A stretch of 54,891 bases of DNA from positions 1-54,891 of the forward strand of contig JAJEAX010000417.1 of the NCBI GenBank assembly GCA_022822565.1, in the 5' to 3' direction. This document shows, piece by piece, positions 21,958-33,957 of this stretch. Made by a program: the position numbers and the translations under genes. Under the pieces are notes generated by a model. It had not been told where the DNA came from. It saw only the letters and a list, made by a program, of their open reading frames with translations, and did no database searches. Position 1 is the stretch's first letter; the number at the start of each line of letters is the position of its first letter. The stretch is from Candidatus Latescibacterota bacterium (GTDB lineage: Bacteria; Latescibacterota; UBA2968).

Positions 21958-22329
21958 TTAACCCGCTTTTTTTGTGCCGTATTTGGAACGACCCTGTTTG
22001 CGGTCTTCCACGCCAGTTGTGTCGAGTACGCCCCGAAGAATGTGATACCGAACCGAAGGAAGATCCTTGACGCGACCACCTCGGATGAGTACCACGGAGT
22101 GCTCCATGAGATTGTGTCCTTCACCTGGAATATAGGCTGTTACTTCAAGACCATTCGTCAGCCTGACACGCGCTACTTTGCGCAGAGCTGAATTGGGCTT
22201 TTTGGGCGTTGTAGTATAGACACGTGTACAAACACCGCGTTTTTGAGGACAGGCTCTCAAAGCGGGGGCAGAAGAACGCTTGCGCTTGGTTTTCCGCCCC
22301 TTCCGAACCAGTTGATTAATTGTGGGCAA
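21958..22329 (-). CDS. rpsL: 30S ribosomal protein S12
   Basis: TTG at 22329 lies 5 nt after TAAGGAGG and gives the canonical (M)[13 protein letters not shown]-terminus, 123 aa. Confidence 0.95.
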   Translation of the reverse strand: MPTINQLVRKGRKTKRKRSSAPALRACPQKRGVCTRVYTTTPKKPNSALRKVARVRLTNGLEVTAYIPGEGHNLMEHSVVLIRGGRVKDLPSVRYHILRGVLDTTGVEDRKQGRSKYGTKKAG

Positions 22330-22383
22330 CTCAACCTCCTTAATTATGGGAGACTTGTAATATACCTGGTACAATGATAGCTG

Positions 22384-25300
22384 TCAAGCATTAATTGGAG
22401 GTAATCCAACGCTTTCAGTGCTCTCTTCTGCGAGGGCTTCAAAGACCTGCGATTCTTCCACCACATCTGTATCCAAATCGCGATATTTCAAAGCACCTGT
22501 ACCGGCGGGAATGAGGTGCCCGATGATCACATTTTCCTTTAATCCCAACAGCGCGTCAACTTTACCCTGTACTGCTGCTTCGGTAAGCACGCGGGTAGTT
22601 TCCTGGAAAGACGCTGCCGAAATGAAACTCTCGGTCAAAAGAGAGGCTCGGGTAATCCCCAACAAGACGGGATTGTTAGTTGCGGGATCGCCCCCTTCGG
22701 CGATGACCTTTTCATTTTCTTCGAGGAAGCGGAACCGGTCAACGAGTTCGTCTTCGAGAAAATTGGTATCTCCAGGATCTGTCACCTGCACTTTCTGCAA
22801 CATCTGCCGGACTATGGTTTCAATATGCTTGTCATTGATTTTCACACCCTGGAGCCGATAAACCTGCTGAATTTCGTCGAGGAGATATTCCTGGACTTTC
22901 CGGTCTCCCAGAATAGCCAGAATATCGTGTGGATTTACCGACCCCTCAGAGAGACGATCACCGGCGGTCACATGATCACCTTCTTGTACGCGCAAATGTC
23001 GTCCGTAGGGAATGGTGTATTTTTTTTCTTCGCCCTCATCAGCCGTGACCAGGACAACACGCGAGCCTCTCACCATACCACCAAAACGCACCGATCCGTT
23101 GATTTCTGTTACCACAGAAGCCTCTTTGGGGCGGCGCGCCTCAAAAAGCTCAGCAACACGCGGCAAACCACCTGTAATATCTCGTGTTTTGCTGCGTTCT
23201 CGCGAAATTTTAGCCAGTGTATCGCCAGCTTCTACTCGATCGCCATCGCGCACCACCAGACGCGCTCCGAGGGGAATGATATAATGGCCCAGTTCTTCGC
23301 CATCTTCATCGACAACCAGAATGTGCGGAGATAAGGTGCGATCTCGGTGCTCAATCACGACCAGTCCAGCAATGCTGGTGGTTTCATCAATCTCTTCGCG
23401 ATATGTCATCCCTTCTACGAGATCCACAAACTGAACCCTACCAGCTTTGGGCGATACAATTACATTATTATAGGGGTCCCATTCGTAGAGTGCCTGGTCC
23501 TCTTCCACATCTTGCCCCTCCCGCACGCGCAACACGGCCCCATGCGGTACATGGTAGTGCCCCCCTCTTACACGCCCCTGATCATCCTGTACTTCGATCT
23601 CGCCATTCCGCCCGACCACAACCCACGAATTTTCATCGCGCTGGACAGACTCGAGATGCGTAAAGATGACTTTCCCCGCACGCTTTGCACCAATCTCAGC
23701 CTGCTCGGCAATGCGGTTGGTAGTACCACCAATATGAAAAGTGCGCAATGTCAATTGCGTTCCCGGTTCACCCACACTCTGGGCAGCGATAACACCCACA
23801 GCCTCTCCAATATCAACAGGTAGCCCGGTGGCGGGATTGCGACCATAACAGGCCATACAGACCCCTCGCCGAGTTTCACACGTCAGCACGGATCGCACAA
23901 AGACGCCTTCAATGCCTGCATCGGCAATTTTATCGGCCAATTCTTCATCTAATAAAACGCCTGCGTCAACAATGCGGTCACCTGTAATGGGGTCTTCCAC
24001 ATCCTCTAGCACTGTGCGTCCTACAATGCGGTCAGACAGCGATTCAACAACTTCTTCTCCTTCTTTCAAGGCTTCCATTTCAATGCCTAATATCGTTCCG
24101 CAATCGGCTTCAGAAATAACCACATCTTGCGACACATCCACCATGCGACGCGTCAAGTATCCCGCTTCAGCGGTCTTCAAGGCCGTATCGGCCAAACCCT
24201 TGCGACTACCGTGCGTCGAAATAAAATACTCGAGCACGGTCAGACCTTCTTTAAGCGACGAAATAATAGGTGTTTCAATAATTTCGCCAATCGCTCCCGT
24301 CAATTTCTTTTGCGGTTTATTCATCAGCCCGCGCATACCACCGAGTTGCTTGATCTGGTCGTCGTTGCCTCGCGCGCCTGAATCCTTCATAATCCAGATC
24401 GAATTGAAGCCATTTTCGGCTTTTTCAAATGCACCAATCATGGCCTGGGCAATGTGATTAGTCGTATGCTGCCACACATCAATCACTTTGTTGTAGCGTT
24501 CGCCCTCAGTAATAGCCCCAATCGCGTGTTGTTCAATAATTTTTTCTACTTCGTCCATAGCACCGGTAATCAACTCTTCCTTTTCGGGAGGCACGACCAC
24601 ATCGCTCACCGCAATCGAAATACCCGACCGCGTCGCATAATCGTATCCCAACTGCTTCAATCCATCGAGAAAATCTGTCGTAATGCGGTTGCCATTCCGG
24701 CTGTGGACTTCAGAAGAAACTTTGCGGATGCCTTTGTCATCGATCAACTCATTGATAAAGGGCATCGTTTCTGGGATAATTTCATTAAAAATGACGCGCC
24801 CAACTGTAGTTATCAAAAGTTTGCCATCAATGCGAACGCGCACGGCTTCGTGCAAGCCAATGCGTTCAAAATCATACGCCATGCGGGCTTCACCGGTACT
24901 GCTAAAGGTTTTGAGGTCCTCTTCCTTACCGTGAACAATTTTTGTCAGATAATACAGGCCCAATGCTATTTCCTGGGGTTTATCGACCACAACAGGAGAC
25001 CCATCGGCGGGTTTGAGCAAATTGTTTGAAGACAGCATCAATACCCGCGCTTCAATCTGGGCCTCGAAAGAAAGTGGCAGATGCACGGCCATTTGGTCAC
25101 CGTCAAAATCGGCATTAAATGCCGCACAGACCAGAGGATGAATGCGAATGGCTTTGCCTTCCACGAGCACGGGTAAAAACGCCTGAATCCCCAGGCGGTG
25201 CAATGTCGGGGCGCGATTGAGTAAAACGCAGTGGTCCTGAATAATTTCTTCGAGGATATCCCATACTTCGACGCGTTCGCGTTCGACCAATTTCTTTGCA

Positions 25301-26475
25301 CTTTTAACGGTTTGCACAAGCCCCTTTTCTTCGAGCCGCCGAATAATAAATGGCTTGAATAATTCCAGAGCCATATGTTTGGGTAGGCCGCATTGATAAA
25401 GCCTCAAATGAGGATCGACCACAATCACAGAACGGCCCGAATAATCGACGCGTTTACCCAAAAGATTCTGTCGGAATCGGCCTTGTTTACCCTTGAGCAG
25501 ATCGGAAAGCGACTTGAGGGAACGGTTGCCATCACCTCGAACAGCACGGGACCGGCGACCATTGTCAAACAGAGCATCTACAGCCTCTTGTAGCATGCGT
25601 TTTTCATTGCGTAAAATGACTTCGGGCGCTTTGATTTCAATCAGTTTTTTTAGCCGATTATTTCTATTGATCACGCGGCGGTATAAATCATTGAGGTCCG
25701 AGGTTGCAAATCGCCCTCCCTCTAAGGGTACAAGAGGACGCAAGTCGGGCGGGATGACGGGAATCACATCGAGAATCATCCAATCGGGCTGATTGTCCGA
25801 TTGACGGAAAGCCTCAACGACCTTGAGGCGTTTGAGCGCCTCCTGTTTGCGTTGCACCGAAGTCTCGAAACGAGCTTGCGTTCGCAATTCTGCAGACAAA
25901 TCCTCAATATCGATATCAGACAGCAGCTTTTTGATCGCACCAGCCCCCATATCCACATCAAACGAATACCCCTCGTCTTCTAGTTCAATCACTTCATCTT
26001 CTGTCAACAAATCTTTGGATTTGAGATCGGGCGCGTCGCCGGGATCAAGCACCACATACGATTCGTAGTAAATGATCCGCTCGAGATTGCGAACGGAAAG
26101 ATTGAGCAAATATCCCATGCGAGATGGCAGAGACTTAAAAAACCAGATATGTGTCACCGGAACCGCCAATTCGATATGCCCCAGCCGTTCTCGTCTGACT
26201 TTCGATTGGGTCACTTCTACCCCACACCGATCACACACCACCCCCCGATATCGAATGCGCTTGTATTTACCACAATGGCACTCCCAGTCTTTAACAGGTC
26301 CAAAAATGCATTCGCAAAATAAACCATCGCGCTCGGGCTTAAAAGACCGATAATTGATGGTTTCCGGTTTGGTGACCTCGCCCCGAGACCACCCGCGGAT
26401 GGTCTCTGGCGAAGCCAGTTGAATGCGAATCGAATTAAAGTCTAAGGGTTGATTGGCAAAATTGGTATCGGCCAC
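22384..26475 (-). CDS. rpoC: DNA-directed RNA polymerase subunit beta'
   Basis: 1363 aa. NADFDGDQM catalytic motif. GTG start after AAGGGGG. Confidence 0.98.
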   Translation of the reverse strand: MADTNFANQPLDFNSIRIQLASPETIRGWSRGEVTKPETINYRSFKPERDGLFCECIFGPVKDWECHCGKYKRIRYRGVVCDRCGVEVTQSKVRRERLGHIELAVPVTHIWFFKSLPSRMGYLLNLSVRNLERIIYYESYVVLDPGDAPDLKSKDLLTEDEVIELEDEGYSFDVDMGAGAIKKLLSDIDIEDLSAELRTQARFETSVQRKQEALKRLKVVEAFRQSDNQPDWMILDVIPVIPPDLRPLVPLEGGRFATSDLNDLYRRVINRNNRLKKLIEIKAPEVILRNEKRMLQEAVDALFDNGRRSRAVRGDGNRSLKSLSDLLKGKQGRFRQNLLGKRVDYSGRSVIVVDPHLRLYQCGLPKHMALELFKPFIIRRLEEKGLVQTVKSAKKLVERERVEVWDILEEIIQDHCVLLNRAPTLHRLGIQAFLPVLVEGKAIRIHPLVCAAFNADFDGDQMAVHLPLSFEAQIEARVLMLSSNNLLKPADGSPVVVDKPQEIALGLYYLTKIVHGKEEDLKTFSSTGEARMAYDFERIGLHEAVRVRIDGKLLITTVGRVIFNEIIPETMPFINELIDDKGIRKVSSEVHSRNGNRITTDFLDGLKQLGYDYATRSGISIAVSDVVVPPEKEELITGAMDEVEKIIEQHAIGAITEGERYNKVIDVWQHTTNHIAQAMIGAFEKAENGFNSIWIMKDSGARGNDDQIKQLGGMRGLMNKPQKKLTGAIGEIIETPIISSLKEGLTVLEYFISTHGSRKGLADTALKTAEAGYLTRRMVDVSQDVVISEADCGTILGIEMEALKEGEEVVESLSDRIVGRTVLEDVEDPITGDRIVDAGVLLDEELADKIADAGIEGVFVRSVLTCETRRGVCMACYGRNPATGLPVDIGEAVGVIAAQSVGEPGTQLTLRTFHIGGTTNRIAEQAEIGAKRAGKVIFTHLESVQRDENSWVVVGRNGEIEVQDDQGRVRGGHYHVPHGAVLRVREGQDVEEDQALYEWDPYNNVIVSPKAGRVQFVDLVEGMTYREEIDETTSIAGLVVIEHRDRTLSPHILVVDEDGEELGHYIIPLGARLVVRDGDRVEAGDTLAKISRERSKTRDITGGLPRVAELFEARRPKEASVVTEINGSVRFGGMVRGSRVVLVTADEGEEKKYTIPYGRHLRVQEGDHVTAGDRLSEGSVNPHDILAILGDRKVQEYLLDEIQQVYRLQGVKINDKHIETIVRQMLQKVQVTDPGDTNFLEDELVDRFRFLEENEKVIAEGGDPATNNPVLLGITRASLLTESFISAASFQETTRVLTEAAVQGKVDALLGLKENVIIGHLIPAGTGALKYRDLDTDVVEESQVFEALAEESTESVGLPPINA

Positions 26476-26514
26476 GAGAGAACCCCCTTTTCAAATCTTA
26501 TGTCGTCAGTCTAT

Positions 26515-29500
26515 CTACGCGCTTTCGAGTACCACGTCCAAACACAGGCTTTGCAATTCTTTAACCAGAACATTAAATGATTCCGGCACACCGGGTTCGG
26601 GTGGATTTTCTCCCTTTACAATGGTCTCGTAAATTTTGGATCTGCCCGCCACATCGTCGGACTTGACAGTGAGCATTTCCTGTAACATGTGTGCAGCACC
26701 ATAAGCTTCGAGCGCCCAAACTTCCATTTCCCCAAAGCGCTGTCCACCAAATTGGGCTTTGCCGCCCAAAGGTTGCTGGGTGACCAGTGAATAGGGTCCA
26801 ATCGAACGCGCGTGAATCTTATCACTGACCAGATGCGATAGTTTCAACATATAAATGATGCCGACCATCACTTCTTTATCAAATGGTTCCCCTGTTTGAC
26901 CATCGTAAAGGAGTGTTTTTCCGTTTTCGGGCAAACCAGCTTCTCGCAACATATCCTGGACATCGTCCATGCTCGCGCCATCAAACACAGGGGTCGCAAA
27001 GTGGAGGTCCAGTTTGTGGGCTGCCCAACCCAAATGGGTTTCGAGGATTTGGCCGAGATTCATGCGAGAGGGTACACCGAGCGGATTCAAAACCAGGTCA
27101 ATAGGTGTACCATCGGGCAAATAGGGCATATCTTCTTCGGGCACGATAATCGAAATCACACCCTTATTGCCATGTCGTCCAGCCATTTTATCCCCTACCA
27201 TCAGCTTTCTTTTTCGAGCGACATATACCTTGACCAGTTGCACAATGCCCGGCGGGAGTTCATCTCCGCGTGCGATTTTTTCAAGCTCTCGCTCGAGTTC
27301 TTCTTCAGCCTGCTGCACCACGTAAGCGGCCAGTTCAATCAGTCGATCTACTTTTTGGGTTATCGCTGGACTATCACACCAATCCCCGTCGGGTGTTACA
27401 GCGCCCAAGTCAAATTTTTCCAGCGACCTTTCATTCAGCGCCGTGCCAGCCTTTACAACCACCTTGCCGTCTTCATCGCGCAGGGTATTGACTTTGCGGT
27501 TTTTGAGAAGAGCCAAAACCTGCTGGTCGCGGCTTTGTTTCAATGACTCAATCTTGTCAGAAATGCGTTTTCTGGCAGCCTGGGTCTTTTCTTTGTCTTC
27601 ATTTCGCGTCTTTTCATCGCGCTCTTTACGAGAAAAAACTTTGCGATCCATGACCACGCCATCCATTCCCGGGGGAGCTTTGAGCGATGCATCGCGCACA
27701 TCGCCAGCCTTTTCGCCAAAAATCGCACGCAACAAACGCTCTTCGGGCGACAATTCGGTTTCGCCCTTTGGGGTCACCTTCCCAACGAGAATATCACCCT
27801 GATTGACCTCTGCCCCCACGCGAATGATGCCGTGTTCATCGAGATTGCTAACAGCCTGCTCACTCACGTTGGGAATTTCACGCGTAATTTCTTCTGTGCC
27901 GCGTTTGGTATCGCGGACCTGGAGTTCAAATTCTTCAATGCTAATTGACGTGAAGATATCCTTTTTAATGAGCCGTTCAGAAACAATAATGGCATCTTCA
28001 AAGTTGTATCCATGCCACGACATAAACGCCACGAGCACATTGGCACCCAGTGCGAGATCCCCTCTATCTGTGGCACAACCATCGGCTAATAACTGCCCCT
28101 TTTCAACTTTATCCCCTACCTGTACGGCTGGGCGCTGGTTGATACAAAAATCTTGATTGGATCGCTTGAATTTGGTCAGATCGTAAATGTCTTCATCAGA
28201 CAGCGAAATGGTTTCAAGACTGCGGCTTTTTCTGCGCTTAACGACAATTTTATTGGCACTGACATACGTCACAACACCGGCGTTTTTCGCAATGATCACA
28301 GCTTTTGAATCAACGGCAACTTTGCGCTCGAGGCCCGTTCCAACACGCGGGGCGTCCGTGATCAGGAGAGGCACACCTTGCCGCTGCATATTGGACCCCA
28401 TCAACGCGCGGTTGGCCTCATCGTGTTCGAGAAAGGGAATGAGTCCGGCGGCGGCACTCACAAGCTGGAAGGGTGAAACGTCCATATAGTCAATCACTTC
28501 GGGATCAACCACGGGAAAATCGCCTCGCCGCCTCGCCTGCACGACAGTATTTTGAAACTCGCCCTTATCATCAAGCGCCAGATTGGCCTGTGCAATAGTA
28601 TGGCGATCTTCTTCGTCGGCAGGCAAATATGCAATATCCTGTGAAACTGTGCCATCTTTGACCTTCCGATAGGGCGTCTCGAGAAAGCCAAAGGGATTGA
28701 CCTTGGCATACGTTGCCACAGACACAATCAGGCCAATATTTGGGCCTTCTGGCGTTTCGATAGGACAAATGCGACCATAGTGCGTGTGATGCACATCGCG
28801 CACCTCAAACCCCGCCCGATCGCGCGTTAATCCTCCAGGTCCCAATGCCGACAAACGACGTTTGTGGGTCAATTCGTCAAGCGGATTGATTTGCTGCAAA
28901 AACTGCGATAATTGGCTGCTGCCAAAAAAGGCCTGAACCACAGTAGATACAGTCCGCGCGTTGACCAGATCATGGGGGGTAAGTTGCTCAGAATCGCGCA
29001 AACTCATGCGTTCTCTAATCGTGCGCGCCATGCGTGCCAAACCAATACTAAATTGCTTGGAGAGCAGTTCGCCAACAGAGCGCACCCGCCGATTGCCCAA
29101 ATGATCAATATCATCGGTAAACCCATCCCCCATGGCCAGGATGAGCAGATAGCCAATGACGCTAATAAAGTCATCGATACACAGCATGGTGAAGTCGAGC
29201 GGAATATTATCGATCATATCCAAACGCTGGTTAATGCGATAGCGCCCAACAGTACCCAAATTATAACGCCGAGGACTGAAAAAATGTCGCTCGAGCAATC
29301 CGCGCGCAGTTTCAATATTGGGTGGATCGCCAGGGCGCAGCAGGCTATAAATCCGCGCGAGTGCTTCTTCCTCGTTGTCACACGGATCTTTGTCCAGCGT
29401 ATTGGTAATAATCCCGCCATCGTTTTCGGGATCTATATCCATCACCGTGATTTTGTCGATCGCATTTTCCTCAAGGGCTAAGAGATCTTCCTCCGTCAAC

Positions 29501-30279
29501 GTGGTATATGCTTCGACAATCACTTCTCCCGTCTTTTTGTTAACCACATCTTCTGTAACAATGCAATCAACGAGTTCTTCAGTAACTCTGACTGTGGTAT
29601 CACCGTGAAAAATGCCCAGAATTTCCTCGGACTTGTCAAACCCCAAAGCTCTCAACAAAGTCGTAACAGGCAATTTGCGTTTGCGGTCGATATGAACGTA
29701 CATAATATCGTTGATATCGAGACTAAATTCGAGCCAGGCTCCGTTGTCGGGAATGATTCTGGCTGAAAATAAACGCTTGCCATTAGGATGAATGGAGTCG
29801 TCAAAAAATACGCCAGGAGAACGGTGTAATTGGCTGACGATCACACGCTCTGAGCCATTGATGACAAATGTACCTTCATCGGTCATCAGTGGCAATTCGC
29901 CTAAAAACACTGTCTGCTCGACGATATCTTTAATGCGAAATTCGCTATTTCCCTGCTTTTCGCGGGAAACCAGGCGAAGTGTCGAACGCAGAGGTACGGC
30001 ATGAGTCGTACCGCGTTCGAGACATTCTTGTACATCGTATTTAGGAGTTCCAACGGAATAATCTACAAACTCTAAAGAATAGAGATTGTGGGCGTCTGTG
30101 ATCGGAAAGATACCCTGAAAGACTCCCTGTAGCCCTTGCTTTTCGCGTGCTACAGGCGGTGTATCCTTCTGTAAAAACCAGTCATAAGAATCGAGCTGGA
30201 TATCCAGCAGATTCGGCATTTCGATTGCAGACGTGAGAGTTCCATACGATTTCCGGTCAATAAATCCTCTATCTGCCAA
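26515..30279 (-). CDS. rpoB: DNA-directed RNA polymerase subunit beta
   Basis: 1254 aa. TTG start 9 nt after AGGAG. The conserved N-terminal block begins before the first internal Met. Confidence 0.98.
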   Translation of the reverse strand: MADRGFIDRKSYGTLTSAIEMPNLLDIQLDSYDWFLQKDTPPVAREKQGLQGVFQGIFPITDAHNLYSLEFVDYSVGTPKYDVQECLERGTTHAVPLRSTLRLVSREKQGNSEFRIKDIVEQTVFLGELPLMTDEGTFVINGSERVIVSQLHRSPGVFFDDSIHPNGKRLFSARIIPDNGAWLEFSLDINDIMYVHIDRKRKLPVTTLLRALGFDKSEEILGIFHGDTTVRVTEELVDCIVTEDVVNKKTGEVIVEAYTTLTEEDLLALEENAIDKITVMDIDPENDGGIITNTLDKDPCDNEEEALARIYSLLRPGDPPNIETARGLLERHFFSPRRYNLGTVGRYRINQRLDMIDNIPLDFTMLCIDDFISVIGYLLILAMGDGFTDDIDHLGNRRVRSVGELLSKQFSIGLARMARTIRERMSLRDSEQLTPHDLVNARTVSTVVQAFFGSSQLSQFLQQINPLDELTHKRRLSALGPGGLTRDRAGFEVRDVHHTHYGRICPIETPEGPNIGLIVSVATYAKVNPFGFLETPYRKVKDGTVSQDIAYLPADEEDRHTIAQANLALDDKGEFQNTVVQARRRGDFPVVDPEVIDYMDVSPFQLVSAAAGLIPFLEHDEANRALMGSNMQRQGVPLLITDAPRVGTGLERKVAVDSKAVIIAKNAGVVTYVSANKIVVKRRKSRSLETISLSDEDIYDLTKFKRSNQDFCINQRPAVQVGDKVEKGQLLADGCATDRGDLALGANVLVAFMSWHGYNFEDAIIVSERLIKKDIFTSISIEEFELQVRDTKRGTEEITREIPNVSEQAVSNLDEHGIIRVGAEVNQGDILVGKVTPKGETELSPEERLLRAIFGEKAGDVRDASLKAPPGMDGVVMDRKVFSRKERDEKTRNEDKEKTQAARKRISDKIESLKQSRDQQVLALLKNRKVNTLRDEDGKVVVKAGTALNERSLEKFDLGAVTPDGDWCDSPAITQKVDRLIELAAYVVQQAEEELERELEKIARGDELPPGIVQLVKVYVARKRKLMVGDKMAGRHGNKGVISIIVPEEDMPYLPDGTPIDLVLNPLGVPSRMNLGQILETHLGWAAHKLDLHFATPVFDGASMDDVQDMLREAGLPENGKTLLYDGQTGEPFDKEVMVGIIYMLKLSHLVSDKIHARSIGPYSLVTQQPLGGKAQFGGQRFGEMEVWALEAYGAAHMLQEMLTVKSDDVAGRSKIYETIVKGENPPEPGVPESFNVLVKELQSLCLDVVLESA

Positions 30280-30352
30280 GGGCTCACGCTCCTGTGCTGG
30301 AAGGCTAACGGTCAGTTACGGATTTGTATTGCTGCACAAACTTACGACAACC

Positions 30353-30727
30353 CTACTTGAGTTCCACCACCGCACCGGCTTCTTCCAGTTCTGCCTTGAT
30401 CTGTTCGGCTTCTTCTTTTTCCACGCCTTCTCTTACGGTATTGGGAGCCCCATCAACCAGAGCTTTGGCTTCTTTAAGGCCCAATGAGGTAAGGCCGCGC
30501 ACAACCTTGATCACCTGGATTTTTTTATCCCCAGGAGACGACAAAACCACATCGAATTCTGTCTGCTCTTCTGCGACAGGAGCAGCATCGCCGCCACCGC
30601 CGCCGGGTGCTGCAACAACAGCTGCCTGTGCAGTCACACCAAACTTTTCCTCAAGAGCTTTGACCAATTCGGCCAACTCGAGCACTGAGAGTTTTTCAAT
30701 TTCGCTAATAATGGATTCAACAGCCAT
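30353..30727 (-). CDS. rplL: 50S ribosomal protein L7/L12
   Basis: ATG at 30727 lies 7 nt after GGAGG ([18 protein letters not shown]). Gly/Ala hinge. Confidence 0.95.
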   Translation of the reverse strand: MAVESIISEIEKLSVLELAELVKALEEKFGVTAQAAVVAAPGGGGGDAAPVAEEQTEFDVVLSSPGDKKIQVIKVVRGLTSLGLKEAKALVDGAPNTVREGVEKEEAEQIKAELEEAGAVVELK

Positions 30728-30772
30728 GAACATGCCTCCGTCCAACAGTGAATTGGGTGTGTAATAAGCGGT

Positions 30773-31306
30773 CTATTCGCCGCTTTCTTCATCTTTTTTT
30801 TCAGCAACAGCTTGAAGTGTACCAACGAGTTTTTGCAAAATACCATTCAGCGTAAAGGCGAGACCACTTATCGGGCTTTGCATTGCAGATACCATCTGGC
30901 CCAGCAGAATATCGCGCGAAGGTATTTGGGCCAGCCTCTCTATCTGGTCTGCGACAAATATCTCGCCATCGATATACCCGGCTTTAATCGCGGGCTTGCC
31001 ATCGGTTTCTTCAGCGAATTTGGTCAGCACGCGGGCCGGTGCTACGGGGTCTTCATCGGCGCAAACAAGCCCCGTGGGACCGAGGAATACATCGTCGAGC
31101 CCTTCGACTCCGGCTTGTTTAACCGCCAATTTAGCCAACCGATTTTTTATTACGCGATAAGAAACCGATTCCTCGCGGAGTTGTTTTCGCAACAGGGTGA
31201 ATGAAGGAACGTCTAACCCCGTAAAATCAGTTAGATACACCCCCTTAGCCCGTTTTAAGATATCTGTCAATTCTGCGACAGTAGCCTCTTTTTCAGCAGT
31301 TGGCAT
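30773..31306 (-). CDS. rplJ: 50S ribosomal protein L10
   Basis: ATG at 31306 follows AAGGAAGG. The ORF-track start is a TTG overlapping the rplA stop. Confidence 0.9.
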   Translation of the reverse strand: MPTAEKEATVAELTDILKRAKGVYLTDFTGLDVPSFTLLRKQLREESVSYRVIKNRLAKLAVKQAGVEGLDDVFLGPTGLVCADEDPVAPARVLTKFAEETDGKPAIKAGYIDGEIFVADQIERLAQIPSRDILLGQMVSAMQSPISGLAFTLNGILQKLVGTLQAVAEKKDEESGE

Positions 31307-31323
31307 TTCTGTACCTTCCTTAA

Positions 31324-32025
31324 TCAATTGGCCGCCAGCGCCGTGCGGTCCAGGCGGATGCCCGGCCCCATTGTAGTAGATAATGTGACCGAGCGCATGT
31401 ACTGCCCTTTTGTAGCAGCTGGACGCGCTCTAATAATTGCATCGATCAATACCTGGGCATTTTCCCGAAGGCGCTGTGCATCAAAAGACGCTTTGCCCAC
31501 AGGCGTATGCACATTGGCCGTTCTATCGACTCGATATTCTACACGCCCCGCTTTGGCTTCCTGTACCGCACGCGCCGCATCGGGCGTCACTGTGCCACTC
31601 TTGGGATTGGGCATCAGACCTCGAGGTCCAAGAATGCGTCCCAATCGTCCGACCTGCCCCATCATGTCGGGCGTAGCAATAGCCACATCGAAATCTGTCC
31701 AGCCACCATTGATCTTTTCTACCAGGTCTTCGGCTCCTACAAAATCTGCCCCCGCCGCTTCGGCAGCAGTAGCAGGCTCCCCTTTGGCAAAAACTGCAAC
31801 GCGTACGGATTTGCCCAACCCGTGTGGCAAGACGACTGTGCCGCGCACGAGTTGATCGGCTTGCCGGGGATCAATGCCCAGCCGAAACGAAATCTCAACC
31901 GTTTCGTCAAATTTCCGAGTGGGCATTTTCTTTAAGATGTCAATGGCGTCGGCCAGACCGTAATGCGTTTGGCGGTCAAAAAGCGCAGCCGCTTGTTTAT
32001 AGCGTTTGGATTGCCCTCGTGCCAT
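31324..32025 (-). CDS. rplA: 50S ribosomal protein L1
   Basis: 233 aa. ...[22 protein letters not shown]... Confidence 0.96.
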   Translation of the reverse strand: MARGQSKRYKQAAALFDRQTHYGLADAIDILKKMPTRKFDETVEISFRLGIDPRQADQLVRGTVVLPHGLGKSVRVAVFAKGEPATAAEAAGADFVGAEDLVEKINGGWTDFDVAIATPDMMGQVGRLGRILGPRGLMPNPKSGTVTPDAARAVQEAKAGRVEYRVDRTANVHTPVGKASFDAQRLRENAQVLIDAIIRARPAATKGQYMRSVTLSTTMGPGIRLDRTALAAN

Positions 32026-32037
32026 ACATACCTCCGG

Positions 32038-32463
32038 TCAATTGTTGACGGTCAGGCCCATACTGCGAGCCGTCCCTGCAATCATGCGCTTGGCAGCCTC
32101 GACGCTGCCCGCGTTGAGGTCTTGAACTTTCATTTCTGCAATTTCCTGTAGTTGGGCATCGGTCACGGACCCCACTTTGTCCCGGTTGGATTCCGGCGAC
32201 CCTTTGGCAATCCCCGCAGCCCTTTTGAGCAACACAGATGCAGGTGGGCTTTTCAACTCGAAAGTAAAGCTCCTATCTGCATAAACCGTGATAATCGCGG
32301 GAATGATCAAACCCTGTTTATCTTGAGTTTGTGCATTAAAAGCTTTGCAAAACTCCATAATATTGACGCCGTGCTGTCCCAAAGCCGGACCAACCGGTGG
32401 TGTGGGAGTCGCCTGCCCAGCGGGAATTTGCAACTTGATTGTCGTGAGAACTTTTCTCGCCAT
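32038..32463 (-). CDS. rplK: 50S ribosomal protein L11
   Basis: 141 aa. ...[26 protein letters not shown]... Confidence 0.97.
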   Translation of the reverse strand: MARKVLTTIKLQIPAGQATPTPPVGPALGQHGVNIMEFCKAFNAQTQDKQGLIIPAIITVYADRSFTFELKSPPASVLLKRAAGIAKGSPESNRDKVGSVTDAQLQEIAEMKVQDLNAGSVEAAKRMIAGTARSMGLTVNN

Positions 32464-32476
32464 TGGTGCCTCTCAA

Positions 32477-33013
32477 TTATCGCGATTCGACAGCTTCTTC
32501 AACCTGCAAAACATCTAATTCTACGGGTGTATTGCGCCCAAAGATACTAACCATTACTTTGATCTTGCTCTTTTCTGGATTGATGTCGTCAACCAGGCCA
32601 ATAAAATCGCTGAACGGGCCATCTATCACCTTGACGCGATCACCTACTTGATAGGGTACATCAGAGGTTTCCTCGACCGGACGACGCTCAATTTGCCCCA
32701 AAATGCGGTTCACTTCTTCTTCGCGCAAAGGTTGCGGTCTTCGGCCTGGACCGACAAAGCTCGTCACGCCCGGCACACTGGTGACAAAATAGAGGGACTC
32801 TTTGTCCATATCCAGTTCAACCAAAAGGTAACTGGGCAAAAATTTCTTGAGGGAGGTCGTTTTCCGTCCATCCTTCATCTCGACGACTTCTTCAGTTGGC
32901 ACAATCACCCGACCAATTTTGTCGCCGACATCGATGTTTTCTTTGGCGGCCTCAATATAGCTCTTGACCTTATTTTCGTGCCCAGAATAAGTGTGGACAA
33001 CATACCATTTCAT
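32477..33013 (-). CDS. nusG: transcription termination/antitermination factor NusG
   Basis: MKWYVVHTYSGHENKV N-terminus and a C-terminal KOW domain. The ORF-track start is an upstream TTG. Confidence 0.94.
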   Translation of the reverse strand: MKWYVVHTYSGHENKVKSYIEAAKENIDVGDKIGRVIVPTEEVVEMKDGRKTTSLKKFLPSYLLVELDMDKESLYFVTSVPGVTSFVGPGRRPQPLREEEVNRILGQIERRPVEETSDVPYQVGDRVKVIDGPFSDFIGLVDDINPEKSKIKVMVSIFGRNTPVELDVLQVEEAVESR

Positions 33014-33043
33014 CAGTCGAAGACTCCCTGACAAAAAATCCCG

Positions 33044-33229
33044 TTAAATCAGGATAAACTCCATAATACTCGCCAAAAAAGTATCTACAATATAAATGAA
33101 TCCAGCCAGTGCAAGTGACAATATAAGCACTATTGTGGTTGACGATTTGAGTTCGTCACGAGTAGGCCAGGTGACCTTTCCCATTTCAACTTGCACTTCG
33201 CTGAGAAATTGACTGATTTTGCCAAACAT
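33044..33229 (-). CDS. secE: preprotein translocase subunit SecE
   Basis: 61 aa from the ATG at 33229, with a single C-terminal TM segment. The longer ORF would run into tRNA-Trp. Confidence 0.88.
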   Translation of the reverse strand: MFGKISQFLSEVQVEMGKVTWPTRDELKSSTTIVLILSLALAGFIYIVDTFLASIMEFILI

Positions 33230-33244
33230 AAGAAAATAAAAAAA

Positions 33245-33320
33245 TGGCAGGCCAGGCAGGACTTGAACCCGCAACCGTCGGTTTTGGAGACCGATGCTCT
33301 ACCAGTTGAGCTACTGACCT
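33245..33320 (-). tRNA. tRNA-Trp (anticodon CCA)
   Basis: Hand-folded 76 nt cloverleaf. Acceptor AGGTCAG/CTGGCCT, anticodon loop CTCCAAA, T-loop GTTCAAGTC, encoded CCA end. Confidence 0.9.
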
Positions 33321-33332
33321 ACCCAAAAACAA

Positions 33333-33408
<76 letters not shown>

Positions 33409-33433
33409 GTTGGGCAATCCCCACTTGAGATTC

Positions 33434-33510
33434 TGGAGCGGGAAACGGGACTCGAACCCGCGACCCTCAGCTTGGAAGGCTGACGCTCTGGCCAACTGAG
33501 CTATTCCCGC
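33434..33510 (-). tRNA. tRNA-Gly (anticodon TCC)
   Basis: 77 nt. GCGGGAA acceptor, anticodon stem TCAGC/GCTGA with loop CTTCCAA, GGTTCGAGTCC T-arm, CCA end. Confidence 0.9.
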
Positions 33511-33520
33511 CCGACTGTGT

Positions 33521-33552
33521 ATAAAAAACGACCCTTTTCTATAAAAGGGACC
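33521..33552 (-). terminator. terminator-like hairpin 10 nt upstream of tRNA-Gly
   Basis: Minus strand CCCTTTT-ATAG-AAAAGGG followed by TCGTTTTTTAT. The location between two co-oriented tRNAs is unusual. Confidence 0.3.
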
Positions 33553-33586
33553 GGTATTGCCAAAAAATATTTTTCCGAGAATTGAC

Positions 33587-33615
33587 AAGATATGAAAAAG
33601 GGAGTCTCAGGTCAA
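33587..33615 (-). promoter_or_regulatory. internal promoter-like element in the tRNA-Tyr/tRNA-Gly spacer
   Basis: Minus strand TTGACC (33615-33610), 17 nt, TATCTT (33592-33587). Confidence 0.3.
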
Positions 33616-33708
33616 GGAGAATTTTGTATAATTCAAACCTGCGATAGATCAAAAAAGGTGAGTCGGTATCTTGTGTAAATTGTTTTGAGGGGAAACAGTT
33701 GGAGTTTT

Positions 33709-33794
33709 TGGTGGGGGGTGGCGGATTCGAACCACCGAAGGCATAAGCCAGCAGATTTACAGTCTGCCCCAGTTGGCCGCTTTGGTAACCCCCC
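33709..33794 (-). tRNA. tRNA-Tyr (anticodon GTA), long variable arm
   Basis: 86 nt. GGGGGGT acceptor, anticodon loop CTGTAAA, variable arm, GGTTCGAATCC T-arm, CCA end. Confidence 0.9.
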
Positions 33795-33812
33795 AAATTG
33801 TACAGGCTTCAA

Positions 33813-33841
33813 AAAATACCAGAAGACATTTCGATAGTCAA
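33813..33841 (-). promoter_or_regulatory. promoter of the tRNA/secE-nusG cluster
   Basis: Minus strand TTGACT (33841-33836), 17 nt, TATTTT (33818-33813), about 20 nt upstream of tRNA-Tyr. Confidence 0.4.
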
Positions 33842-33870
33842 GACCAAAATCGCTCACCGCCAATTGCAGA

Positions 33871-33899
33871 TTGACAAATCTGCCGACCTTTACTATTTT
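33871..33899 (+). promoter_or_regulatory. promoter of the divergent isomerase gene
   Basis: TTGACA (33871-33876), 17 nt, TATTTT (33894-33899). Confidence 0.4.
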
Positions 33900-33957
33900 C
33901 CGAGTTCAATTTTCGGCAGTTAATCTTCTATCAGATGCCTGGTGTGAAAGGAGCAAA

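Noticed and set aside
30280-30352. Possible attenuator hairpin in the rplL-rpoB spacer, as known in E. coli.
   Set aside because: Only weak 4 bp complementarities were found, with no convincing stem or U-tract.
419-33031. Many plus-strand ORFs of 60-200 aa inside galK, galE/T, ribosomal protein, rpoB/rpoC, tuf and fusA genes.
   Set aside because: They lie antisense to or out of frame with long, strongly conserved minus-strand genes. Their translations are low-complexity or Arg/Pro/Ser-rich, typical of shadow ORFs.
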